DNA of 32,000 nt from Candidatus Methanoperedens sp. (GCA_041494705.1 JBGQBI010000001.1:240001-272000); one strand, 5' to 3'. Shown: positions 1 through 7,064, counted from the first letter of the stretch. The notes: generated from the sequence alone by a model not told the origin. Numbers and translations are program-made.

Positions 1-206
1 CGGAGAACATCATAAGTACTGAAAAATACGCAGAAACGGAAATTGTACAAAATCAAGAAGAATCGCCGTTAAACCCTTCTACATCTGAAGTACAAACAGA
101 TGTACAAAAAGACGATTCACAGGGCGATGACGGCGCATGGGTGGCAGGCGGTCTGCTGGGCCTTGGATTGCTTGGTGGCTTAATCGCCTGGATGAGGGGC
201 CGTTAA
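1..206 (+). CDS. 3' end of a CDS whose start lies outside the window. Polar/acidic linker followed by a C-terminal hydrophobic anchor and basic tail (...DDGAWVAGGLLGLGLLGGLIAWMRGR*)
   Basis: Frame is open from nt 3 to TAA at 204-206. It is absent from the ORF track because no start lies in the window. A Gly/Leu-rich TM segment plus RGR tail is typical of membrane-anchored surface proteins. Confidence 0.5.
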   Translation, partial: ENIISTEKYAETEIVQNQEESPLNPSTSEVQTDVQKDDSQGDDGAWVAGGLLGLGLLGGLIAWMRGR

Positions 207-207
207 A

Positions 208-384
208 ATGCCTGATCCTGTAGTTCATCAAGTACAATGGAAAGTAGATGTTGGTTTAATCGTTGGTGTTATCGTTGTAGGCGCGGGCCTCTTCTGGCTG
301 GCGCGTGCATTAAAAGACAGCGGGAGTACTACAAAAAACAGCATCAAAAACGCTGCGTTGAAAGCTGTACTTCCAGGGCAATAA
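208..384 (+). CDS. Small single-pass membrane protein, 58 aa (MPDPVVHQVQWKVDVGLIVGVIVVGAGLFWLARALKDSGSTTKNSIKNAALKAVLPGQ)
   Basis: My own translation; the ORF is below the track's length cut-off. ATG lies 1 nt after the upstream stop. It has a clear hydrophobic helix and explains this stretch better than the two overlapping track ORFs (228-449 -, 237-461 +). Confidence 0.4.
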   Translation: MPDPVVHQVQWKVDVGLIVGVIVVGAGLFWLARALKDSGSTTKNSIKNAALKAVLPGQ

Positions 385-426
385 AAAAGAAAACAGAAGG
401 ATTCAACGGGGCTTCGGGAATCCTTC
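382..426 (-). terminator. Stem-loop plus T-tract terminator for the minus-strand small-gene operon
   Basis: Perfect 9-bp inverted repeat GAAGGATTC (396-404) / GAATCCTTC (418-426) with a 13-nt loop. On the minus strand it is followed by TGTTTTCTTTTTTATT. Confidence 0.5.
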
Positions 427-630
427 CGATACGCGGGTTTCCAGCGCATCTAAAGAAGTGAAGGGCAACGCATTGATTTTTTCCTTCACATCTTCAAGGC
501 CATGTTCAAGCAATTTCTGTAAAAATTCATGTAGGCCGATTCCCAGCAGCTCTCCATAAAACCCTGCAAATATCAAGAGTTCCTGGTTAATCTCTAATTC
601 TACCTTTCCGGTTTTCTTATCCTCGGCCAT
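403..630 (-). CDS. Small hypothetical protein, ribbon-helix-helix-like pattern (KVELEIN strand, two helices separated by G)
   Basis: Track ORF 403-639, trimmed to the ATG at 630 (MAEDKKTGKVELEIN...). The strand-helix-G-helix pattern aligns with the central part of ORF 779-1114. Confidence 0.5.
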   Translation of the reverse strand: MAEDKKTGKVELEINQELLIFAGFYGELLGIGLHEFLQKLLEHGLEDVKEKINALPFTSLDALETRVSEGFPKPR

Positions 631-635
631 TGAAA

Positions 636-779
636 TCACACCCGCCTTACTATTACGGTATCCTGTGGACGTAACCCCAGCCTTGCCCTTGTTGCTTGCT
701 CGATACCCGGTGTTCGTATATCTTCAGGTATTGCGCCCTCGATGGTCACTGTTACAGGCCCTACATCTTCCCTTACCAT
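636..779 (-). CDS. 47-aa AbrB/SpoVT-like small protein (MVREDVGPVTVTIEGAIPEDIRTPGIEQATRARLGLRPQDTVIVRRV), not in the ORF track
   Basis: Hand translation of the minus strand. Its ATG overlaps the TGA of the upstream ORF (TGATG at 777-781), and its stop at 636-638 lies 5 nt before the next ATG. The ...IPEDIR...LGL..D.V.V pattern resembles the AbrB swapped-hairpin motif. Confidence 0.45.
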   Translation of the reverse strand: MVREDVGPVTVTIEGAIPEDIRTPGIEQATRARLGLRPQDTVIVRRV

Positions 780-1114
780 CACTGCGCCCCCTCTGACATC
801 TCCGTCTGCTTTGGTTCTTCCAAAGGCTGCACAACATCGGGGGTATTGGCCGGTGCGAACCGTGCAATTAGCTCCGGTATCGAAGTATAGCCGATGCCTT
901 GCATAGAGTTTCTTAGCGATTTAATACCGCTATGGAGTGCTTTCTCAAACAGTTTATCCGGCTCCATCCCTATTATATTTGCATAGGCTACAACGGAGTC
1001 CACAGCTTCTTTATCGGTCTTGATTGATACATATAACCGCTTAAACTCGCCGTTTGCGGTTTTTATTTCTAAATTCTGTGCTGTTTTCAGTTCAATATTT
1101 GGTGTGTTTTCCAT
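779..1114 (-). CDS. Hypothetical 111-aa protein with an RHH-like core (KRLYVSIKTDKEAVDSVVAYANIIGMEPDKLFEKALHSGIKSLRNS) and an acidic/Pro-rich tail
   Basis: Track ORF. First gene of a three-gene translationally coupled minus-strand operon, and paralogous by pattern to ORF 403-630. Confidence 0.5.
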   Translation of the reverse strand: MENTPNIELKTAQNLEIKTANGEFKRLYVSIKTDKEAVDSVVAYANIIGMEPDKLFEKALHSGIKSLRNSMQGIGYTSIPELIARFAPANTPDVVQPLEEPKQTEMSEGAQ

Positions 1115-1137
1115 ATTCTTTACCTTCTTTAAGTTCT

Positions 1138-1208
1138 CTATGGAACTTATAGAACCTATAGAATGGGTTATTATAAATACTTTGTGGAACTTATGGAACT
1201 CATGGCAA
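1138..1208. repeat. Two arrays of three tandem 9-bp repeats (consensus YTATGGAAC) flanking a TATA-like box
   Basis: Array A 1138-1164: CTATGGAAC TTATAGAAC CTATAGAAT. TATA-like TTATTATAAATA at 1168-1179. Array B 1182-1208: TTGTGGAAC TTATGGAAC TCATGGCAA. Array B runs into the ATG at 1202. A dyad AAGTTC-n6-GAACTT also lies at 1131-1148. Confidence 0.75.
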
Positions 1209-1348
1209 TTCTCGGAACTACGAAAGTATCTCAGGGTGGTAAGGTTACTTTGATTGAGTCGGTACGTGAGCGCATCAACGTTAAGGAAGGCGACATTATT
1301 GTTTTTGAGGAGCTATCGAAGGGTAACATTATAATCAGAAAAGGGTAA
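1202..1348 (+). CDS. AbrB/MazE/SpoVT-family DNA-binding protein, 48 aa (MAILGTTKVSQGGKVTLIESVRERINVKEGDIIVFEE...)
   Basis: Track ORF 1163-1348, trimmed because its first codons are the TATA box itself. The ATG at 1202 sits about 25 nt after the TATA, so the transcript is probably leaderless. Classic AbrB motif (SxxGxVTIPxxVRexlxlkeGDxv). Confidence 0.65.
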   Translation: MAILGTTKVSQGGKVTLIESVRERINVKEGDIIVFEELSKGNIIIRKG

Positions 1349-1389
1349 TAATTGGTTACCTTAACTTAAATATGAATTGCTTAACCGAA

Positions 1390-1424
1390 AAATATAAAGT
1401 TAGCTGTGTAATAGTTACAGCTAA
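1390..1424 (+). promoter_or_regulatory. cdc6 promoter region: TATA-like AAATATAAAG followed by the inverted repeat TTAGCTGT-n9-ACAGCTAA
   Basis: TATA-like element at 1390-1399. 8-bp inverted-repeat arms at 1400-1407 and 1417-1424 lie over the expected TSS, about 20 nt before the ATG at 1444. Confidence 0.4.
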
Positions 1425-1443
1425 GTGAAGGTAATATCACTTT

Positions 1444-2550
1444 ATGAAAGACCTGTTATCCTGGGACCAGACTTTATTCAAAGACAGCGAGCTTTTCGAG
1501 CTTGACCATATCCCGGAGCATTTTAACCACAGGGATACGCAGATGCAATCACTGATGTACGGCATACGCCCTGCCTTAAGCGGCGGGCGGTCTCTTAATA
1601 GCCTGTGCGTTGGCGCGCCGGGCACTGGTAAAACCACGGCTGTGCTTAAGATTTTCGAGGAAATAGAGAAACACGCGCCTGGAATTGTTCCGATTCTTGT
1701 GAACTGCCAGGTAAATTCCACAAGGTATGCGGTTTTCTCACAGATTTTTAAAAAACTCATTGGATACGCCCCGCCAACTTCAGGCGTTTCCTTCAAAAAG
1801 ATATTCGGCGAAGTTGCAAAACATCTTGCCGAGCGCGAGAAAGTGCTTGTAGTGGCTCTTGACGACATGAATTATCTTTTCTACGAGAACGAGGTAAATG
1901 AGGTGCTTTATTCACTCCTGCGGGCGCATGAAACACATCCGGGGGCGCGGATGGGTGTTATCGCAATACTGAGCGATACCGGGGTTCCGCATATTCTTGA
2001 CCCGAAGGTGGAATCGGTTTTCCTGCCAGAAGAGGTAAAATTCCCCCGGTATTCATACGATGAAATAAAGGATATTCTTTCAAACCGCGCAAAGCTTGGA
2101 TTTTATCCCAACGTGCTTGATGATAGCGTTCTTGAGAGTATTACAGAACATACGTTTACGCTCGGTGACCTTCGTGTGGGGATTGACCTATTAAAACGTG
2201 CAGGTCTTAATGCCGAGCGGCGGGCAAGCAAAACAATCGCCATCGAAGACGTGGAATCCGCCTATGAAAAATCGCGGCTTGTACATCTTTCCTACGTCAT
2301 GCGGGCATTGAAAAAAGAGGAAAAAATACTCCTCGGTTTGATAGTAAATTCACCGCTTACCAATTCAGGCGAGCTTTATGAGAAATTCCATGAAAAGACC
2401 GTCCTCGGATACACGCGTTTCTATGAACTCCTGAACAAACTTGGCTCTATCAAGCTTATAGACGCTGATTTTACGGGCAAGGGTGCGCGCGGGAGAAGCA
2501 GGGTGGTTACGCTTCGTTATTCGCCTGAAGAAATCAAAACAAGGCTTTAA
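1444..2550 (+). CDS. cdc6: Orc1/Cdc6 replication initiator (AAA+ ATPase plus winged helix)
   Basis: Walker A GAPGTGKT, Walker B VVALDDMN, and the typical N-terminal ...LDHIPEHFNHRDTQMQSL... motif. Length 368 aa. Confidence 0.92.
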   Translation: MKDLLSWDQTLFKDSELFELDHIPEHFNHRDTQMQSLMYGIRPALSGGRSLNSLCVGAPGTGKTTAVLKIFEEIEKHAPGIVPILVNCQVNSTRYAVFSQIFKKLIGYAPPTSGVSFKKIFGEVAKHLAEREKVLVVALDDMNYLFYENEVNEVLYSLLRAHETHPGARMGVIAILSDTGVPHILDPKVESVFLPEEVKFPRYSYDEIKDILSNRAKLGFYPNVLDDSVLESITEHTFTLGDLRVGIDLLKRAGLNAERRASKTIAIEDVESAYEKSRLVHLSYVMRALKKEEKILLGLIVNSPLTNSGELYEKFHEKTVLGYTRFYELLNKLGSIKLIDADFTGKGARGRSRVVTLRYSPEEIKTRL

Positions 2551-2635
2551 AATTTCGATTTCATGTCTTGAAAAACTATATATACTGTTATTCCAATTTA
2601 AATGCTTGTAAATTTTAATTCATGGGTGAAAATAA

Positions 2636-2869
2636 ATGACCATACAGATACAACCATTACTTCCACTTGCGCCGGTTGAGCGCATTATCAGGAAAGCAGG
2701 AGCAGACAGGGTAGCAGAAGACGCAGGCGTTGAACTTGCAAAGGTTCTTGAAGAGTATGGGATTGAAATATCCCGCGAAGCCATAACACTGGCAAAACAT
2801 GCAAAGCGGACTACGGTGAAGGAAGAGGACATAAGGCTTGCAGTTACGAGGATAAAGAAATCGGGTTAA
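2636..2869 (+). CDS. Archaeal histone (HMf/CBF-NFY fold)
   Basis: LPLAPVERIIRKAGADRVAEDAGVELAKVLEEYGIEISREAITLAKHAKRTTVKEEDIRLA matches the archaeal histone-fold signature. Confidence 0.9.
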   Translation: MTIQIQPLLPLAPVERIIRKAGADRVAEDAGVELAKVLEEYGIEISREAITLAKHAKRTTVKEEDIRLAVTRIKKSG

Positions 2870-2947
2870 GCTATTTAAATCCGGGCAATTCCGTATAGAC
2901 GAAATCCAAAAACACACTACCTGATTTTCAAAAGCAGCGTGGATAAA

Positions 2948-3382
2948 ATGACAATTGAAGAGGCGCTCGGCTATACTTTTTCTAATAAGAGTTTATTGGA
3001 GCGCGCCCTTACAAGAAAAGCCTATGCGCTTGAACAAAAGCAGCAAAATATAGAATGCGAAGACCAGGAAATTTATCGGACTCTGGGCGATGCTGTCCTG
3101 AAATCAGTTTTGATCGATCTTTTGATTAAAAGCGGGGTTAACTCAAGAGGGGAGATAACAAGCAGGAAAAAAAGTCTTGAGAGGGAAGAAGGGCTTGCAG
3201 AAGTCAGTAAGCGTATAGGGATTGGCTCTGTCCTTAAATTGGGGAAAGGCGAGGAAAAACAAAAAGCAGATGAAGAGCCGTATGTGCTTGCGGAAACGTT
3301 TGAAGCCATAATCGGCGCAATTTTTCTTGATGGGGGGTTCGATGCTTCCAAAAAAACCATTATCAAATGGTTTGAGATTTAA
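2948..3382 (+). CDS. RNase III-domain protein without a dsRBD (Mini-III-like), with a divergent catalytic signature
   Basis: LGYTFSNKSLLERALT..., ...EIYRTLGDAVL..., ...LAETFEAIIGAIFLDGG align to the bacterial RNase III motifs LGYxF, ERLEFLGDA and DxxEAxIGAIxLD. Start moved from GTG 2939 to ATG 2948. Confidence 0.75.
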   Translation: MTIEEALGYTFSNKSLLERALTRKAYALEQKQQNIECEDQEIYRTLGDAVLKSVLIDLLIKSGVNSRGEITSRKKSLEREEGLAEVSKRIGIGSVLKLGKGEEKQKADEEPYVLAETFEAIIGAIFLDGGFDASKKTIIKWFEI

Positions 3383-3415
3383 TGGTTTAATTGCGCAACA
3401 GGATAAAATATCATC

Positions 3416-3970
3416 ATGCAATTGCGAAAGATAATCCATATCGGTGGGGTCTTAATACCGGTAATCGCCACCGTCATCGGAAAGAACCAGACGATGGCTC
3501 TTTTATTATCGGGTTTTGCTGTTTATCTTATAATCGAAGTTTTAAAGCAAAAAATTCCTCCGCATATTCTTTCCATGGTTTACAGGGAAAATGAATTAAA
3601 AGGTTTTTCCATCGAGCCCCTGTCGTATTTCATATCCGTTCTTTCGCTTCTTTATATTTCGTTTTTCATCGATGAAAAGATATGCTTCGCTGCAATTGCA
3701 ACTCTTGCTGCGGGTGATGGGTTTGCAGGCGTCATTGGCAGAAAATACGGGCGGCACAGGTTCTCATTTAATAAGAATAAATCATGGGAAGGCACGCTCT
3801 CAGGATTTATTGCTGCATCGTTATCCGGTTTTTATTTCGCAGGCGGAATAGCTCTTATCGGGGGCGCTTTCGGGATGCTGGCTGGGGCGGTTAATAAGCA
3901 TGATAATCTCGCAGTCCCATATGCGGCGCTGGCGGCGATGTATCTGGCTCAGTACGCAATTTTTAGTTAG
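3416..3970 (+). CDS. Integral membrane CTP-dependent polyprenol/dolichol kinase or cytidylyltransferase family protein
   Basis: Multiple TM helices. The motif GDGFAGVIGRKYGRHRF...NKSWEGTLSGF is typical of the CTP_transf_1 / dolichol-phytol kinase family. Confidence 0.6.
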   Translation: MQLRKIIHIGGVLIPVIATVIGKNQTMALLLSGFAVYLIIEVLKQKIPPHILSMVYRENELKGFSIEPLSYFISVLSLLYISFFIDEKICFAAIATLAAGDGFAGVIGRKYGRHRFSFNKNKSWEGTLSGFIAASLSGFYFAGGIALIGGAFGMLAGAVNKHDNLAVPYAALAAMYLAQYAIFS

Positions 3971-4067
3971 GCAGTATTCAAAAATAGATGCAACAGCCAG
4001 AAGAAGATAAATGGAGTGTGCATCAAAAGAATATCTTAAAAATAAATTTATAAAAATACAGACTACA

Positions 4068-4090
4068 AGAAAAAACAAAAAAATAAAAGA
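4068..4090 (-). terminator. Oligo-T terminator of the L1-P0-P1 operon
   Basis: The minus strand reads TCTTTTATTTTTTTGTTTTTTCT shortly after the P1 stop at 4101. Confidence 0.55.
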
Positions 4091-4100
4091 ATGTAAGTGC

Positions 4101-4409
4101 TCAGCCAAACAGTGCGCCGAGACCTTCCATTCCAGATTCTTCAGCTTTTTCTTTTGCTTTCTCGTCTTTCTTGGGCGTCTCGGCTGCTGCCGGAGCTGCT
4201 GCCGCTGCCGGAGCCGCTGCTGCCGGGGCTGCAAATGCTGCCTTTGAAATCGCCTCTTCTATGTTGACACCATCAAGGGCCGAAACAAGCGCTTTTGCCC
4301 TGACTGCATCTACATCTGCACCTGCTGCTTTGACAACAGCGGTGATTCCTTCTTCTGTAATTTTCTTTCCTGAGCTGTGTAATAACAGCGCTGCATATAC
4401 GTATTCCAT
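4101..4409 (-). CDS. rpl12: 50S ribosomal stalk protein P1 (L12e)
   Basis: [21 protein letters not shown]..., an Ala/Pro hinge and the conserved acidic C-terminus ...[13 protein letters not shown]. The ATG at 4409 is preceded by AAGGTGA, so the track's GTG at 4418 was rejected. Confidence 0.93.
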   Translation of the reverse strand: MEYVYAALLLHSSGKKITEEGITAVVKAAGADVDAVRAKALVSALDGVNIEEAISKAAFAAPAAAAPAAAAAPAAAETPKKDEKAKEKAEESGMEGLGALFG

Positions 4410-4428
4410 TTTAATCACCTTTTATAAA

Positions 4429-5454
4429 TTAACCGAATAACGAGCCTAAGCCCGCTGCAATATCTGTTTCCTTTGGTACTTCTTTCTTCTTCTCTGCCTT
4501 TGCCTCTGCCGGAGCAGCCTCAGGTTTCTTTTCGGCCTTTGGCGCAGAAGCAAGCTTTTCTTTTAACTTGCCGCCGATTGCGTTTGCATCCTTCTGGGAT
4601 GCAACCATGGCAAGCGATATCATCTGGGAGTTTGCCTTTGAAAGCAGCACATCGATAATATCGGGTATTATCAGTTCGGCATTAATGGCAAGGTTCCTCG
4701 ACTGGGATGCCGCTTTGGTAAGCAACGCGCCAATCGTTGGTTTCGCCGGGTATGCCGAGTTGATAGATAAATTAAAAGCCCTCTGGACTGCGGTGGTCAG
4801 ATTGGCTATATACTGTGTTTCATCAACTGCGAGGAGCTTTGATTCATATATCATGCCTTTTTCATAAACGGCGCGAAGTTCAAGCCCCAGATCCACAGGA
4901 CGGATATCAAGACGGGCGAGTATGGATGCAAGCTTCGCATTAACAACGTCACCTTTTCTGGCAACCGTCTTTGTCTCGCGGATTACTACTTTACCGCCTT
5001 CAATACCTGCCGGAATTCCTGCGCCGGTCAACTCTCCAACGATTGGTCCTGGAGGGAATGAGGTCGGCCCTTTCTCGATAACTATATCCTTTGGAGAGAC
5101 CGCTCCCGCTTTAATGGGCGCCTGGGTCTTTCCCTTATCTAAAATCTTGTAGAGTTTGAAAGGGTTCTCGTTGGTGAACAACAAAGCCGTCTGGTCCTCA
5201 ACATAGTTGCCAATCTTTTTGACCTCTTCAGATGACTCGTCGAGGGCACGGTCGATAAGGGAGTTCCTGCACATCTTGATATCAGCAAGACCGCGCAGGT
5301 TCTTTCGCATTACCTGAAGCTGGCTTGAAGGTATCCCGTGAACCCCGACGATTCCTACAGATGAATGGGTTGTAATCAGGTTTTTTATATCCTCTATCTC
5401 ATCTTTCTTCCATTTGGGAATGTGAATACTTTGGTGTGCAAGTTCTGTCGTCAT
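4429..5454 (-). CDS. rplP0: 50S ribosomal protein P0 (L10/uL10)
   Basis: 341 aa with a conserved N-terminus (IPKWKKDEIEDIKNLI), Ala/Lys/Glu-rich hinge and shared stalk C-terminus ...AAGLGSLFG. Confidence 0.93.
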   Translation of the reverse strand: MTTELAHQSIHIPKWKKDEIEDIKNLITTHSSVGIVGVHGIPSSQLQVMRKNLRGLADIKMCRNSLIDRALDESSEEVKKIGNYVEDQTALLFTNENPFKLYKILDKGKTQAPIKAGAVSPKDIVIEKGPTSFPPGPIVGELTGAGIPAGIEGGKVVIRETKTVARKGDVVNAKLASILARLDIRPVDLGLELRAVYEKGMIYESKLLAVDETQYIANLTTAVQRAFNLSINSAYPAKPTIGALLTKAASQSRNLAINAELIIPDIIDVLLSKANSQMISLAMVASQKDANAIGGKLKEKLASAPKAEKKPEAAPAEAKAEKKKEVPKETDIAAGLGSLFG

Positions 5455-6096
5455 TTAGACCACCCTCACTGAAGGTCCCATGGTGGATTTGACGTAAATG
5501 GATTTTACATTATACAAACCGCGTTCGTATCTGTGTTCGATACGGTTTATTATGGTTTCAATATTCTGTGCAAGTTTCTGCGGATCCATTTCTTTTTTCC
5601 CCACTGAAATATGGAAGGTCATTTTGTCCTTGGACCTCAATTTTATGGAGTTCCTTGATTTGTTGATTATCTGCACAACATCTTTATCGGGCGTGAGTGG
5701 TATGGGCATTTTTCCCCGCGGACCGAGCACCTGGCCAAGGGTTTTACCGATTGCAGGCATGAAGGCGGCTTCTGCTATGAAGAAATTGACTTCTTCTGCC
5801 AGGGCTTTTGCACGTGACTTATCTTCTCCGAGAACAGCGATTTCATCGGGGTCGAAGACATATTCAGCACCTGCGCCTTTTGCCCTCTGTGCGGTCTCAC
5901 CTTTTGCGAACACCGCGATTTTTATAGGCCGTCCCAGGCCATTTGGCAGGATTATCTCTTCATCAAGCCTGTTCGTAGGCTGATTCATGTCAAGGTTTTT
6001 GAGGTTGATAGCAATGTCAACGCTTTCAGAAAATTTACGTTCAGGCGATTTTTCGAGCGCCTGTTTTACAGCTTCTAATATCTTTTCTTGTTCCAA
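5455..6096 (-). CDS. rpl1: 50S ribosomal protein L1 (uL1)
   Basis: 213 aa. ...FSESVDIAINLKNLD...IKIAVFAKGE...GKMPIPL... are typical L1 motifs. TTG start is preceded by GGGAGG, and the stop abuts the P0 start. Confidence 0.9.
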   Translation of the reverse strand: MEQEKILEAVKQALEKSPERKFSESVDIAINLKNLDMNQPTNRLDEEIILPNGLGRPIKIAVFAKGETAQRAKGAGAEYVFDPDEIAVLGEDKSRAKALAEEVNFFIAEAAFMPAIGKTLGQVLGPRGKMPIPLTPDKDVVQIINKSRNSIKLRSKDKMTFHISVGKKEMDPQKLAQNIETIINRIEHRYERGLYNVKSIYVKSTMGPSVRVV

Positions 6097-6213
6097 TGAG
6101 TATTCCTCCCGTAGTAAATCGACTATTGTCTCCTACGGATGATAGGGAAGTCCTAATTTCGGTGAGATAGTACTTTAAGCTATCGGTTGGATTGCGACGC
6201 AAAGATTACGGTT

Positions 6214-6939
6214 CTATTGTTTCTCTCCCCGTATCGTTATCACTGTCTGTCTGATCGGCAGGACCTTCCCCGACCTCGCCACAGCTTCCTCGACTATCTT
6301 TTGCAGCCCGAAACAGCATGGCACTTCCATATTCACAAGCGTGATGTTCTTGATGTTGTTTTTCTTCAATAGCTCTGTGAGCTTATCCACATAAAACTCC
6401 GCATCATCCAGTTTGGGGCATCCTATTATCACCGATTTCCCGGCTAAGAAATCCGAATGGAAATTGGGATATGCGAATGGAACGCAGTCAGCAGCAACGA
6501 GGAGTTCACTGTCTTTGAAATATGACGCTTCCGGGGAAACAAGCGTGAGCTGAACGGGCCACTGCCTCAATTCAGAGCTCTGCCGCGCTGCCGCTCCAGC
6601 AGTCGCTTTCGCATGTACTCTCTTATCGCCCCTGAAATCCATCGCCATGCTTCCCGGGCATCCGCAAGGCAAGCTTTTCTCCCCTCTCTTCTCAGCCGTT
6701 TTTGGTTTCAGGTGCATTTTCACAGCCGTCTCATCGAAATCAGGTGCGTCTCGTTCGATTATCGTAATCGCATCCTGCGGGCAGTGCCCGAGGCATGCCC
6801 CAAGACCGTCGCAGAACCGCTCGTCCACAAGCTTTGCCTTCCCGTTTATGATCTTTATCGCACCTTCGGCGCAGTTGGGGATGCACAGACCGCAGCCGTT
6901 ACACTTTTCTTCATCTATGGATACTATACTTCGTTTCAT
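6214..6939 (-). CDS. 2x[4Fe-4S] ferredoxin-domain protein with a C-terminal Cys-containing alpha/beta domain
   Basis: N-terminal CNGCGLCIPNC...CDGLGACLGHCP dicluster motifs. C-terminal ...ADCVPFAY...IIGCPKLDD...MEVPCCFG. Confidence 0.75.
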   Translation of the reverse strand: MKRSIVSIDEEKCNGCGLCIPNCAEGAIKIINGKAKLVDERFCDGLGACLGHCPQDAITIIERDAPDFDETAVKMHLKPKTAEKRGEKSLPCGCPGSMAMDFRGDKRVHAKATAGAAARQSSELRQWPVQLTLVSPEASYFKDSELLVAADCVPFAYPNFHSDFLAGKSVIIGCPKLDDAEFYVDKLTELLKKNNIKNITLVNMEVPCCFGLQKIVEEAVARSGKVLPIRQTVITIRGEKQ

Positions 6940-7064
6940 GTATTATCATGAATCATATTTACATTATAATTTATAAACTTAATGGTTTTAATATATAGGT
7001 ATGTGTCATTATTTGATTGTAAATAATAGAAAACTATTTAATAATCCAGCGAATATCAGGATAT

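Noticed and set aside
228-461. Track ORFs 228-449 (-) and 237-461 (+)
   Set aside because: They overlap each other and the terminator hairpin, and are Cys/Arg-rich without motifs. The third frame gives a cleaner 58-aa TM protein tightly coupled to the upstream gene.
1115-1443. A canonical oriC directly upstream of orc1/cdc6
   Set aside because: The intergenic spaces are only about 90 bp each. There is no extended AT-rich unwinding element, and no full ORB with a G-string. Only loose half-site similarity is present, so it is kept as a low-probability alternative in the repeat finding.
4170-4250. GCTGCTGCCGGAGC-type short tandem repeats, with a similar Ala/Lys/Glu-coding repetition at 4440-4560
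   Set aside because: These encode the normal Ala/Pro-rich flexible hinges of ribosomal stalk proteins P1 and P0. They are not a CRISPR array or a satellite.
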